64,000 nt of DNA from positions 12,737,659 through 12,801,658 of the forward strand of contig OZ316898.1 in the NCBI GenBank assembly GCA_973895155.1. Reading direction: 5' to 3'. Every line of letters starts with the position of its first letter. Positions within the stretch are counted from its first letter, which is position 1. This stretch comes from Marsupella aquatica (taxonomy: Eukaryota > Plantae > Marchantiophyta). This document shows positions 1-11,895 of this stretch, piece after piece. The notes under the pieces are model-generated. The model was not told where the DNA came from. It saw only the letters and a program-made list of their open reading frames with translations, and did no database searches. The translations under genes and the position numbers were made by a program.

Positions 1-128
1 TATTCCAGAATGTTCACTGAATGGACATTCATTCATTCATACAACGTGTCCTAGAAAACAGACTTGGAGCTGATAACTGAGGAACTTTCGGAGCGTCTAC
101 AATCCGTCTTGCAGCGCTTGTATCATAC

Positions 129-1271
129 CTTGCGGATACCTTTTCCCCCACCTCCCCATGAAGCTTTTATCATTACTGGATAGCCAATCCCCTGACAGCT
201 CGCTAAAGCCTCCTCTGTACTATATACACACGCTTTCCTGTATAATTCTTCCGGAATTGGCTCAATACATCTCTCAAAAGGAATATTCACCTGTAAACAC
301 ACACCGAAGACAACAGTCAAGGTGTAAGTTAGAAAAATAAGTTCTCTTGGAGAAGAAAGAATCCCATTCAACTCGTGGTTCCGCAGCTGCGAACAAGGTA
401 AGACCGGAGCCACGCCACCGTCCGAAGGCACTATGAGAGTTGTACCTGATTTGGGACCTCGAAGAACAAAAAACTTCAGGTTTCTGTGTAAGTGAGGGAG
501 ACGGGCTCCAAAAACTCAGCGAATCCCGTATGAGAAGCAAACTCACATGAGAACCGCTCCAAGAAAGAGTAGGCACGCCAGCCGCTTGGGCAATGATTGA
601 AGACCCGATTTTGTCTCCAAGAGCAGCCATTGGCGCTGCCGGAGGTCCTAAGAAAAAGATTCCACGAGCAGACAGTTGCTCTGGAAGCTCAGGAATTTCT
701 GATGCATGTCCCCATCCAGGCCACACAGCTGATACTCCAGTTCGCTCGGCAAGCTGCAGGTTATCAAATTGAGAAATGGAATCAGCGCAGCCTCCACAGT
801 GAAACACTAACCATTCGAAGAATATTGACCTTGAGTTCCACATAAAGCTTGCAGCTCTATGAGAGAAAGCAAAGGCTTAGGTTTCGAATGAGGTAAGACA
901 ATAGTTTCAGTGCCGAGTAAAATGGGCTTGCATACCTCAACAATGAGTTGAACATTGGCATAATTGTTGTTGTTGGTTCCGCCCGGCACTTCTATAAACT
1001 GATCCGCCATGCGAATGTGCTCTGCGTTGATGCGCATATCCTCTGGAGTAGCCATCGCCACAAGAGTCACTATTTTTTCCACCCCAAAGGTCTCATAGGC
1101 CCAGGAGCGAATGCTTCGAATGAACTTCACCGCGGCCATTCCATTGTTTGCGATAAGGATACTGTGGATGGGTTTGGTTCCGCCCAGTGCAAAACAATAC
1201 TCCTCAATCTGAGACGCGCTCGCAGCGTTTCGAGCTGAACCTTGTCCATTGCTGTACACTTCGCCTACCAT
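129..1271 (-). CDS. ACC1: Homomeric acetyl-CoA carboxylase, 5' portion (biotin carboxylase domain); gene continues beyond position 1
   Basis: Exons 1271-936, 753-547 and 290-129 have GT-AG junctions and splice in frame. They encode the plant ACC motifs [69 protein letters not shown] and [19 protein letters not shown]. An in-frame TGA at 1319-1317 makes ATG 1271 the start. Confidence 0.97.
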
Positions 1272-3022
1272 CGTTCCACCCTCGCTGGCGTCCTCTGGGC
1301 CGACTGATTTCACTCTTCACACCGGACAATGGTGAGCTTCCTCAGAATTGGCGGTCTGATTCACTCGAGGCGCAAAGGACCTGAATAACTCCTGCGACAT
1401 GGATTGCACAGTCGTTCTTATCAATTTCCAAAATGCGAAACGTCGTAAAACGATTTCAACAGTAACAAAGCGAACTTCATTCATTTTGAGATCGGTACAT
1501 TTGTAAGTGGGCTGATTACGCTCTCTCTGAAACCAGGAGAAACATGGAACATTTCCAGACAACCGAGATCGCTCCTCAAGTGTAGCAGCGGTGAGATATG
1601 CAAGAAGGAGAACATCTCCGTCTCCTTTCTCGGGTCTGACTCGGCAATTACAAGGAAAGAGTAAGTCTTAGTGGCGTATGGCTGTTGCCGACGGCATTCA
1701 CCATTCAGGCCCTGGAAAATGGGTCAGGGTTTGCACTCCGGCAGTTCATACTCGGTCCTTCTTCAAAACAGAAAAAGTGGGCCTTGCTATACCATAACAA
1801 TCCTTCAAGCATGCTCTCCTTCCTAATGAACAATTCCTCCAATCTTCTGTCTGTACTAGGTTCGAAGAATGGTCCAGTTCAAGCTCCTGTATGATTGATC
1901 TCTCAAGGCTGAAGGAGATCACCTATTGAGAAGTAATTCACACCCTTGTAGACCATATGCACATCATGGACAGCAACTAAACACTAAGCTCTTGTCATTA
2001 TTCAATGCAGTAGCACGAAAGAAGGGGCAGTTAGAGATCTATGGGCTCGGCAACTTCAACTGTGTGGCAAATAAGCAGCTTCAATTCGCCGAATCAACCG
2101 GGAGGACTAACTGACAGTCTCTCGGCAGACGGCTGTAGCGTGTGAGAAAGTTTTCCACAGAGCAATGATGGAAAATTTGAGAAGAGCAGACAACTACAAG
2201 AGGGGAAAGCAAAACTAACTAATGGTCACGTGAACAGTATCCTTTTTCCTCTCAAAATCCATTCGATCGGTCAACACTATCGACTCAATGCGGCCAGCTC
2301 GTCCCAGTCTCCTTTCACCATTACCCCCACTCTTCAGAAACATTCTTGTCCTCCTTCCAACAAAACGTCACATTGACCACCACACAGCACCGCAGCAACT
2401 CACATCAAAGCCTCCGAAGAAGATATTACCGTACCAAGACTAGAAAAGCTGGCTCCTTAAGAAACAGTCGTCGCAATGGCACTAGGCACAGTTATTCGTG
2501 GACGAGAATTGATGAAATTGTCCGACACTCCCCTGTTCTCTCCTTCCTCCACCACCACCAGGTAGATGCAAGATAGAGCGCCTCGGCAGCTCAGCTCAGC
2601 ATCTACTCACTTCCAGCTCCCCACACTCAGAACGAACGAGCAATTCATTCCATCGACGACCCACAGAAACACAAAATGAATGAGTAAATCTCTGTTCAAA
2701 GAGCGTGGGCGAAATTATTGCGTGAGACAGAGACGTCCCGGCAACTTGGAGGAAGAAGGGATCGGGACGAGCTTGGTGCCCATTGCCCAGGGTCCGTCTT
2801 CAGAGACTGATCAGGGACGAGAGTGACTCTGAACGCACACCGCGTGTGCTTGTCATGACAAGTTGGAGTAGGAGGTCTAGGCGGAGGACGACGATGTCAA
2901 ATGCGACCAGGGGGAGTGGTGGTGGACTCGCTCCTCGTGAGCTTGTCGTAGGAGAAGGACGACGTCAAGTGCGACCCGGAGAAGAGGGGGATGACTTTGA
3001 GAGAAGGAGAGGACCATCGCAC

Positions 3023-3270
3023 CTCTTTTGATGGGCCCGTCCAATTTCCATCAAGTGTCAAGACAAGCAAAGCCACAGTGATGCACTCACTAATGCAGCC
3101 GAGTTGGGTCGAGCGAATCTCTGATTGTGTTGAGATTGTCGTTTGAGAGAGGAGGGTGGGGCCAATTGTGCCGCAGGTATCACCGAGATCGAAGGACAGG
3201 AATCGGGGGGGCTCGTTTTGTGGAGATTGTGGAGAGGCGAGGAGAGAGGAGTGGAGAGGTGGACTTTGGT
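3023..3270 (-). other. Probable non-coding first (5' UTR) exon of ACC1, joined to acceptor at 1381/1380 by a ~1.64-kb intron
   Basis: CT-rich minus-strand leader, donor AG|GTGCGA at 3023/3022 and acceptor ttattcag|G at 1381/1380. The transcription start is approximate. Confidence 0.45.
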
Positions 3271-3311
3271 TTCCGCCACCCACCGCGCTGCTCCTCCTAC
3301 CGGCGACGTTC

Positions 3312-4160
3312 GTGCCGCTTTCTCGTCACCCACCATACGCCTCGCCGGCTCGCCTTCTCCTGCCGGGCCACCGGGGGTACTATTATTGTTATTATTATTA
3401 TTTGGTGCTGTGAGGGCATTGCGGGGTCTAATGGGCCCCCCAAAGGATGGCTATAGCACTATAGCCCCCAAGTTTTGAGGGGCTATTATTATTGCCTTGT
3501 GAGTGTTTCAGTTATATATAACACGAGCCCATGTTGCTAGGGGCTATTATTGCCTTGTGAATGGTTCACTTATATATAACACGAACCCTATGTCCATATG
3601 TTCCTTGGTGCAAGGAGGCTGGCCCATACTGAGTCGGGTTAGGGCATTTATGGGACAGGAGAAGCATGTATGTGTTAGGGGTGCATATTTTTTTTGTCCA
3701 TAGTCAGTGAAAACAGTCAATTGAATCCAATAAATATGGATTTTTTTAGCCTAGGCATTTTTTTTGTGTTGGGACAAAAGACAAAAATAAACAGAATCTA
3801 TTATTATAGATATATAAAGTATATGATATTATTTCATATCATGACAAATCTTTTTATTTTTTTAAATTAATGAGTGCACACTATATATTACTTATACATT
3901 CTGATCTATGATTACTGACATGCCACATTCCGGCTTAATATTTCACTGTATATTAGGGAGTCTTGAACCTCCACTTTCCTGACATACTGCCACTTTCTTG
4001 TCAACCGCCATACGCCTGGCCTTCTTCTACAGCCAATGTGTTATTATTATTTCTGGTTCTGTGGGGGCATTGTGGGCTATAATGCTGCCGCTTTCTCGTC
4101 ATCCACCATACGCCTGACCTTCCTCCTACCGCCAGGGTGTTATTATTAATTTTGGTGCTG
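3312..4160. repeat. Three copies of a promoter-proximal motif, each followed by repeat-end sequence, plus a ~60-bp tandem pair (3479-3598)
   Basis: tgccgctttctcgtca(c/t)ccaccatacgcct occurs at ~3313 and ~4086, with a diverged copy at ~3988. Each is followed by ttattatta..tggtgctgtg-like sequence. ggggctattattgccttgtga...ttatatataacacga occurs twice. Confidence 0.75.
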
Positions 4161-4659
4161 TGTGACAAGAAAATGAAAGTCGTCTTTGGAGAATTTCAGG
4201 TCTCTCAATTCTCAGTGAAATTTGACTATTTTAAGATCATTGGAAAGATCTTTCCAAGCAGTTTCGAACCAACCCAAAAAATCAATTTCCATTGGATATG
4301 TAGGGAAATAATCAGTGTCAAAGTTAGCTCTAGGAAGCCCAAAGTGTGAACAATGACAGTCAGGGTCGTCTTTAGAAATTCAGTACTCTCCCCATTGTTC
4401 ATGAAAGCTAACTATACTAAACTGGTTGGATAGATTTTTCCAAGCCCAAGAATAGCCTATTTAGTTGAATATGGAAGGAAATATTGAAAGTCAAACTTTG
4501 TCATTGAAAAGTTCTTTGTTGTTGAAAAGGTTTTGGACATGGCAGGGGTGTCAATGAGTGAAGGTGTAAAGGTGTGGGAGTCCATGGGAGTTGCGTGGTT
4601 CATAGGATCCTTCCATGGGAGCATCATTTTCGAGCTGTGGCGCTTGCTCCCAGGTAGTG

Positions 4660-5790
4660 GAAAAGACTTCATGGGGCCCATCCAGAGAAAAAAAAAACAG
4701 CATACAATGCCCCTTCGTTTGAGAAGGACTCCTTGGGGCCCCCAGTCCCTGTAGCCCTTGCACATCCCAGTCACTCTAGCCCTTGCAATGTACCAGGGTC
4801 AACCAGCCTGCATTATGCAGCCCTAGTGTCCATACCAGCCTAGTTTTAAATGTTTTTTCCTTTGTCCGATAGTAATGTTTCTTATGTAATTTTCTGGTGT
4901 GAAATAAAAGATCTGAAAATATTTACCTAGTGTGAAGTAAAAGATATGAAAATATTTACCTGGTGTGAAGTAAAAGATTCTGAAATGTTTCTTAAAAAAT
5001 TCTTAGATTGATTTATGAATATTAGATTCCTTAGATTTAAGGGGACCATCAGATTTTGGCAAATGGGGTATGTGGCTAGGTGGGAAAAACAGGAGAAAAA
5101 TTTGGGCACTGGTGTCCTAGCTGAAATTGGTCTACAAATGTGTTGGGGCCCTACTGATGTTGAGTTTGGTGGGGGTATTGTGACCTGTGTAAAACCAAAA
5201 ACCCCCTGGGTCCATTGGATATTGTGACCTGTAGTGATACTGCAATAGGGCTTCTCAAAGTTGCCCTCCCCCCCCCCCCCCCCCCCCTTTTTTATCACCT
5301 GCTGTGCAAATTCCAGTCCGAATATTTTTTGGTTTCAGACGGGTCACACTACCGGGAAAAAAACCAACATTCTAACCAAAAACCCACTAAAAATGTGAAA
5401 GTTATTTTTGTTAGAATTAGTTGTTGCTTTTTTATAAACTTTCAGCTAGCCACAGATCCCATTTTGCTAGAATCTGACGGTTTCCCACAAATGTAGGAAG
5501 ATCTAATGGTCAGTTATCAATATAAGAAAATACTATAACCAACGTTCTTAGAGTATTCTATTTCACTGAACCAGGTATCACTACGGTAGCCACTTTAGGG
5601 AAAAAGAAAAAGGCTTGCAAGCAAAACAAGTCTTGGTACCAGGCTTGTTGACCATGGAACATTGCAGGGGCTAGAGGGACTGGGTTGGAGGGGATGTGCG
5701 AGGGCTACAGGGTGGGCCCAGCTAGTCCATTTCAAACAAAGGGGCCTAAAAAGCTTTTTTTCTTGCGGGGGGGGACACCAAGTCTGTTGC
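4660..5790. mobile_element. Non-autonomous element with ~150-bp degenerate terminal inverted repeats (MULE-like geometry)
   Basis: 4660-4810 (ccctgtagcccttgcacatccc...ctctagcccttgcaatgtaccagggtcaaccagcctg) is the diverged reverse complement of 5640-5790. The interior is non-coding and contains a poly(C) run and a 33-bp tandem array. Confidence 0.6.
4894..4987. repeat. 33-bp tandem repeat, ~3 copies
   Basis: ct(g/a)gtgtgaa(g)taaaagat(a/c)tgaaaatatttac starts at 4894, 4927 and 4960. Confidence 0.9.
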
Positions 5791-6715
5791 TCATCAAAGG
5801 CCATTTATCATTTTACCCTTTCTTAAATAAAAAAATCATCTAGAATTCATGAGATCTTGCCCTCCCACTTTTGAAGGAGAACATATAATAAGAAGGTTGG
5901 TGGAAAACATGTACGGGTGTACGTCGACACCGTACATTCCCACAACATAATTATGTGGCACAAGCTTTGACCTAAGGCGTGGCAGAGCCTATTGTACTCT
6001 TTAGACCCCATTGGCCATTATCTGTGGCACAAGTTGACCTCCTACTTGGCACGACCTAGTCCTTTTACCTGTTTGTTGAGATTCCTTCTAGGTATCTAAA
6101 ATTCCATCCATCTACAGCCTTTGGAGTTTGGACCAAGTGGTGGATGCTTCGGGGTTTAGTTGTTGGATACTTTTGCAGTTTCGTTTCCAAGGGAAAAAAA
6201 AAAGTAGAAAGAAATAGGGGAAGGTAAGAAAATATAACCAGAAGGGAACATAAGCCAAAAAAATGACATCGAGGCAGGCAAGCAGCGAAAATAGTATATG
6301 ATACTAAATGCATAGTGCCCCTCTTAGAGGGAAAGACTACCATGGAAAAAACCCAACACAATGAGAAGCTAGGAACCACACAAGTGTTTGACTTGATGCC
6401 TGGGTCTACATACAAAAGCCTGACAGACACAAATGAAATGTTTGAGTATACTCACATAGCATGTCTTACACATCTAACCATGATGTGTAAAGATGCATTT
6501 GATTGGTAGTAGAAGTTTTTGGTGGATTCCTCCAATATTTTACCCATGTTCATGGGTTTCTCCATTCTGTTTCCCGTCCTTATGGGTCTCAAAGGCAGGA
6601 GCTGGGTTCTTTTGCTTACCTTGTATATAACCACTTACACTTCCATAACAATTCCATATCACCACACTATAAGGTACTGCGACTATAGTGAAATTGTAAA
6701 GTTCCTGCTTTCATC

Positions 6716-6985
6716 TGAGTAATAGTGACAAACGTTTGTGTCCATTCCAAACTCCATCTGCATCTGAGTAATAGAGTCAAACTTTAGTGTGTATCCCGAT
6801 CCCCATTTTCTTCAAAGTTATAGTGTATTCTGTAAATTTTAGTGTGTATCCAAGTTAGAATGTCAAGCATTTGTGTCCATCCCAGCCTCCATATTCATCC
6901 GAGTAATTGTGTCAAAACTTTTGTGTCCATCCCAGCCTCCATTTCCATCCCAGTAATAATAGTGTCAAGCATTTGGGGTCCACCC
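6716..6985. repeat. Degenerate ~49-bp minisatellite, ~5-6 copies
   Basis: Recurrent gagtaatagtgtcaaa..tttgtgtccatcccagcctccat..catcc. Confidence 0.8.
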
Positions 6986-9900
6986 GGGGCCCAAATTTCA
7001 CATTCAGCTTAAATCTGTTTGTAAATTTTTGTACTTTATGGAAGAGAATGCCCATCACAGGCAATCCAAGGCATTCTGAGATTTGTCCTCTACTTGTCTC
7101 TTCTTAAAGAAAGTCAAGTCTAAACTTGCCTGAACCTTGCGTTTGTCTTCAAGTGTAAAGAAAGGAGAAACAGAATCAAAATAGTAGGGGCTCTACCAGG
7201 CTTTCCAAAAGGTGGGGCCTTAGTCCTTGTTCTTTGACCATAGTTTGGGACTCTTGGGCTTTTGGGCTCTTTGGTTTCTCTGGTTTTTCCTGTCTTTCTT
7301 TGTTTCGTCCCCTTCCCTTGGTCTCTCGATTCTCTTGTCACCTAAGGCCCCCTTTGTTCATTGCAGTTTATTGTACATTTAGCATCTCAAACCAGCTCTT
7401 TCTCAGAGATTTCACTTGACCAAAATGCTGCAAGCTAGGCACTGACCAAAAATCTGCTGGTCCCGCAAAATGTGACAGCCAACTTGGCCACCAACAACTT
7501 GGCCAGTGAGCATACCCTGTGCTTGCACCAAAATTGCTCAGTTTGAAATGTGTTGGCTCCCTTCAAGAATGGTCGGCGTCCACTGAGAAATTGATTATCT
7601 TGAGTTGACCGGGGTGCACATAGTATGGTCAGTCTACCCAAACCCTCGCAGGTTTTCACACTGGCCAAAACTTCTTGGGAAAATGCAAATTTTGACGCCC
7701 TATTATACAGTGAAAGATTACTGGGTACAACCTTGTTACTTGCCAGGGAATTACAAAAGCAATAATAGCCCCTGAAAAGTTGGGCTAAAGCACTACTTTT
7801 GGGGGCATTATAGCGCCTTTTGGGGGAGGCATTATAGCCCACAGTGCCCTCACAGCGCTGTTACTTACCAGGGAATTATAGGGCAATAATAACAGCCCCC
7901 AAAACTTGGGCTAAAGCCTTGGCTCCTTTTGGGGCACGTTATAGCCCACAATGGGGGTTCACTCATCAGTGTAATGAGCAGAAATGGGGGGGGGGGGGGG
8001 GGGGGGGGGCGGTTGGTGCAGTCCATCCAGGTTGCAAAAGTCTATTCAAGCATTTGGCAAGTGGAGATTAATCCGGTCTTTTCCTGTCACCGTTGTTGAA
8101 ATTCTGTTGCATCTACTCAACCAGTGTGTTGACCTCAGATGGTCACCCTCACTCTGCTGCGGTGGGGGTCAATTTTGAACTATCCAACTCAAATTGGACT
8201 ACTTTTGTTGGAAACTGTATGAACCAAACACAACCAAAACAAGAAGAAATGAAACAAAACAAAATGAGAGGATTGCACAAAGGTTCAGCGCAAGCAAGGT
8301 GACCAAACAAGCAAGCAGCCAAACAACACCAAGCCAAAAAGTGCTTCAGGAGTCTTCTCCTGCTGTCACAACCATATTGAGGCAATAAACCTTGCAAACC
8401 AAACCACTTGAAGTGCTAAAAGTAAGAGTATAGGTAAATTCCATAGCTTGTCATGTCTTGTCTCCTGTTGTCATTTTGATCTTTGACATCCTCATGAAAA
8501 GTAGATGAAATTAAAAAAGGACAACCTGAAGGCAAGGATGAGGGTGGGTTAAGGGTTTAGGGTGAGTAAACCAGTATGGTGACGGACAGTGCCAACGGAT
8601 GAGATCTGACAAATCCTGGCACATGTCTCATTGTGAACAAAGTCTGACCCATGTTCAATCCTTGTTAATTAGTGTTTGGTTACTGTATTGCAAAACTGCA
8701 GAACTCCAACAAATACAATAATAACCATGGCAGGATTTTCATTATGCACATCTTTAGTGACATCGTACTTTAAAGGTGATTTCAGTAATTCCTAAAATGA
8801 CTACAAGCACCTGTGGCACATAATGCATTAAACCCACCCAGGATAGTTTGGAGCGGAAACTGCCACATGGGGGATTGAACTTTGGAATGACTGTGTTTAC
8901 TTAAGTAGCAAGGCTCAAAGCTAATAAACTACTGTTAGGTATCTATGCTTTTTGGTTGTTTTCTTATTTTAGGAAACCAAGCCCAATCCATGATACCTGG
9001 GCTTGTTTGCCCTTTTGCCTCTGGAAAAAAAGACAGATGTCTAGTGGCCCCAAATTGGATCTATCTAAATTTTTCAGACAATGTTGTTGCCTTGGTTCTA
9101 GACTTTCCACAACACTCATTTGCCTCCCGTATTCTGGTTTGGAACCAAACAAACACACTAGCGGTGTGAACTTGTACTTCACTTGTTGGTTGTTCGTAGA
9201 GGCCACTGATATCCAACCACACATGCTGTAGTAACGGATAAGTACAAAATCATGCTCATTTGTCACACAAAATGTACTGGAAAGTCAGTTTTGAGGACAG
9301 GCTACAGCAGTTAGACTGGCAAAAAGTGCATGATTGCTGGGCAGGGCTCAACATACGGGAGGGGGGCACAGGTAGCCAGTCCACAAGACACAACGCTGGC
9401 AGGGTCCAGGGTTGGATGGGGCAAGGGGCAGAGGGTCAGCAAACACGCTCAAACAATGGATTGAAGATGCAGAGTGACAAGCAACTAAGTCAAACAGAGA
9501 AAAAGAGAAAGGAAAGTATGCAATTGGTGTCTCTAAGTGTAGTGGCAAAGTGCATTTTATATATGTTAGTTGAGATCATTCTGCTGATTAACAGACAAGG
9601 ATCCCTCACCACTTGTGCAACTATCTTCCGCATTGGGTGTCTCCAAGCTTCAAAATTATGGATGATGACATTTGACCATAAAGGAATGGTCATAACTTTT
9701 GCACAAGATTCTGTAAAAGTTTTGAAAAAAAAATCTGTCACCAGCCTTTAGAGTGACTGATGGTAATGGCATAAAACCAATCCTTATGGCAAAAAGTTAT
9801 GGAATTGTCAGCTTTGAGACTCTCAATTGGAAGCACTTCTGTCATGGCAATACATCATGCACCACATGGGCCACTTTCAACTTTCCTAACACTTACCTAA

Positions 9901-10079
9901 CTATTTTCTCAACTATCGTCAATAATGACACCTCTTTCATTTCAATGCCAATTTTTTTCAAGACGTGTTTCATGCTCTATCTGCCACCCACAATGATAGT
10001 ATTGCGTCCCATATGGGCACTGACCTTCTCCCGAGCAAAGTTGTCCATCCATCCCTCCACAGGGCTACTCATGGGGTCA

Positions 10080-10165
10080 CAGGGAGAACCTAGGGGCAGC
10101 AGGGCTTGAAAGGATTGGAGAACCTAGGGGTGCAGGGCTCAAAAGGACAGGTGAACCAAAGGGGT
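10080..10165. repeat. Degenerate ~33-bp tandem repeat, 2-3 copies
   Basis: ggagaacctagggg..gcagggct..aaagga is repeated. Confidence 0.65.
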
Positions 10166-11895
10166 CAGGTCCGGGAGGAAGCTAGGGGGGAACCTTGTGA
10201 ATGGCACAATACAATCTTGACTTGAGCAGGGATGGAACCCAAATCTACACAGCCCAAGACTAGCATCATATTAGCCTCTATGACCATCCTCATGGTTATT
10301 TGGTGTGTGGATGGACGAATACTTATTCATATTTAAAAACACTTTTTTTTCCCTTGCTTGCTTCCACTGTGTTTTTCAAAAGTAGAAATACAGATACTTG
10401 CAAGTGCTTCATGCAAATTTGGGACCCAAGTGAATCTGGATATTCAGGGACACTACAAGATGACTTTTCATGTTTCAAACTAGTGAAATGTTAAATCTAC
10501 CCCATTTGTTTATAAAAACTTAAGGGCGGATGGACAGAGTGATTGATTGTGATTCTCAGATGGGTTTGCACAACGTCAAAATCTTCTCTGAGAACATCTT
10601 TCACAGTTCGAATAAAATGGGAACTGTAAACTGCCACATTCTGGTTAGTTTGCCTGCTGAGTGATGTAGCGCCAGTCCTTCATTGAGCAGGACATCACTC
10701 GACAACTTATGATCATCCTACAAGAAACTTACCATTTAGTCTTGGTGTTGTCCAGCGAGGTGAGTGCTCAATACAATTATAGCAGGGACAATACGAGATT
10801 GTCATCCAACCGTAGCTTATGCTTGTAGTTGCAGTCAGGTGAATCCCGAGCAGCATCGACGTTGAAACATCGAGCACAAACAATGGAGGGGAGAGCAGGA
10901 CCGACAGTAACAGCAAGTTGCACCTGTACAGTTGTAAAACACATTGGAAGCGTCTTGGACATTGCACATGCATACTACAATAGAATTGCAAGCCAAAAAC
11001 TCTTGCTGATTCGCACATTGAAAGGACAATATCGCAGCTGTTTTAACACCAAGACTCGCAACAGGACAGAGGAAGCCTTTAGTCTTGGAGCGAAGTAGTC
11101 CAGATGGAGTGAAGGGTGAATGGAGCTTGAGATCGAGATGAAATGGGATCATGCCTGCCTAGGTCAGTGAAAGTTAGCGTAAACTAGTTTCACCTGCATT
11201 TTGATCCTCATCTTGGTCTGCAAACCTCTCATGTCCTCCATGCGGTATATCCTGTCCGTATCAGTCTCCAAGGGTTTTGGCTGAGCTGGGTTTTCTCTTC
11301 CGGTTGCTGCGGGGTTGAGTACCATTTTGTTCCATTTGATGTTGATTGCGTCTACCAAGGGCCACACTGTTTAGTAGATATGGACATCTTCGGCCTATCG
11401 GAACACTACTATATGGAAGACGTGAATCTAAGGCTGCGAGTACAGAACAAACCTCACAGAACGAATGTAACATCTGCCTTAGCTTAGTTTTTCTAAGGTA
11501 ATTTCAACGGATTAGTGAAAGTCGAGGCAAATACAAATGCGATTTGTGACCAGCGTCCAAATTACAAGGACAAGAGATCAAGCAGTTCTTTCTAATCTCA
11601 ACAAACCATTGAACTGCACCGCAGTGCCAATTTCTAGTGATCGTACAAAAGAGCCTCTGTATCTAAAACTAAAAATGACTGACCTATTCCAAGAGACCGC
11701 CCAACCTTATTACCCCACCACTACACCAGCGACCCACTTCCCAGGAAACTAGCCGTCAGTCTAACCAGAAAAAAATAATGTGATTCAGCAGCAATTTAAA
11801 AGACTTCATTGCCGATTTCCATCTACTCTACAATTGCAACATAGCATCACAAAACACAATTCGTGATTCACTAAATTGCCACCTACGGTAGCTGA

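Larger units (their letters stand above)
3405..7955. mobile_element. Possible large foldback or non-autonomous DNA element bounded by degenerate inverted arms (~3405-3560 / ~7760-7955)
   Basis: The reverse complement of ~7765-7860 (gctgtgagggcactgtgggctataatg...gcccaacttttcaggggctattattgc) aligns with 3407-3497 (gctgtgagggcattgcggggtctaatg...gcccccaagttttgaggggctattattattgc). No TSD identified. Confidence 0.45.

Noticed and set aside
8945-10109. Cluster of 70-160 aa ORFs as a gene or transposase
   Set aside because: No recognisable motif in any frame I translated and no consistent splice model.
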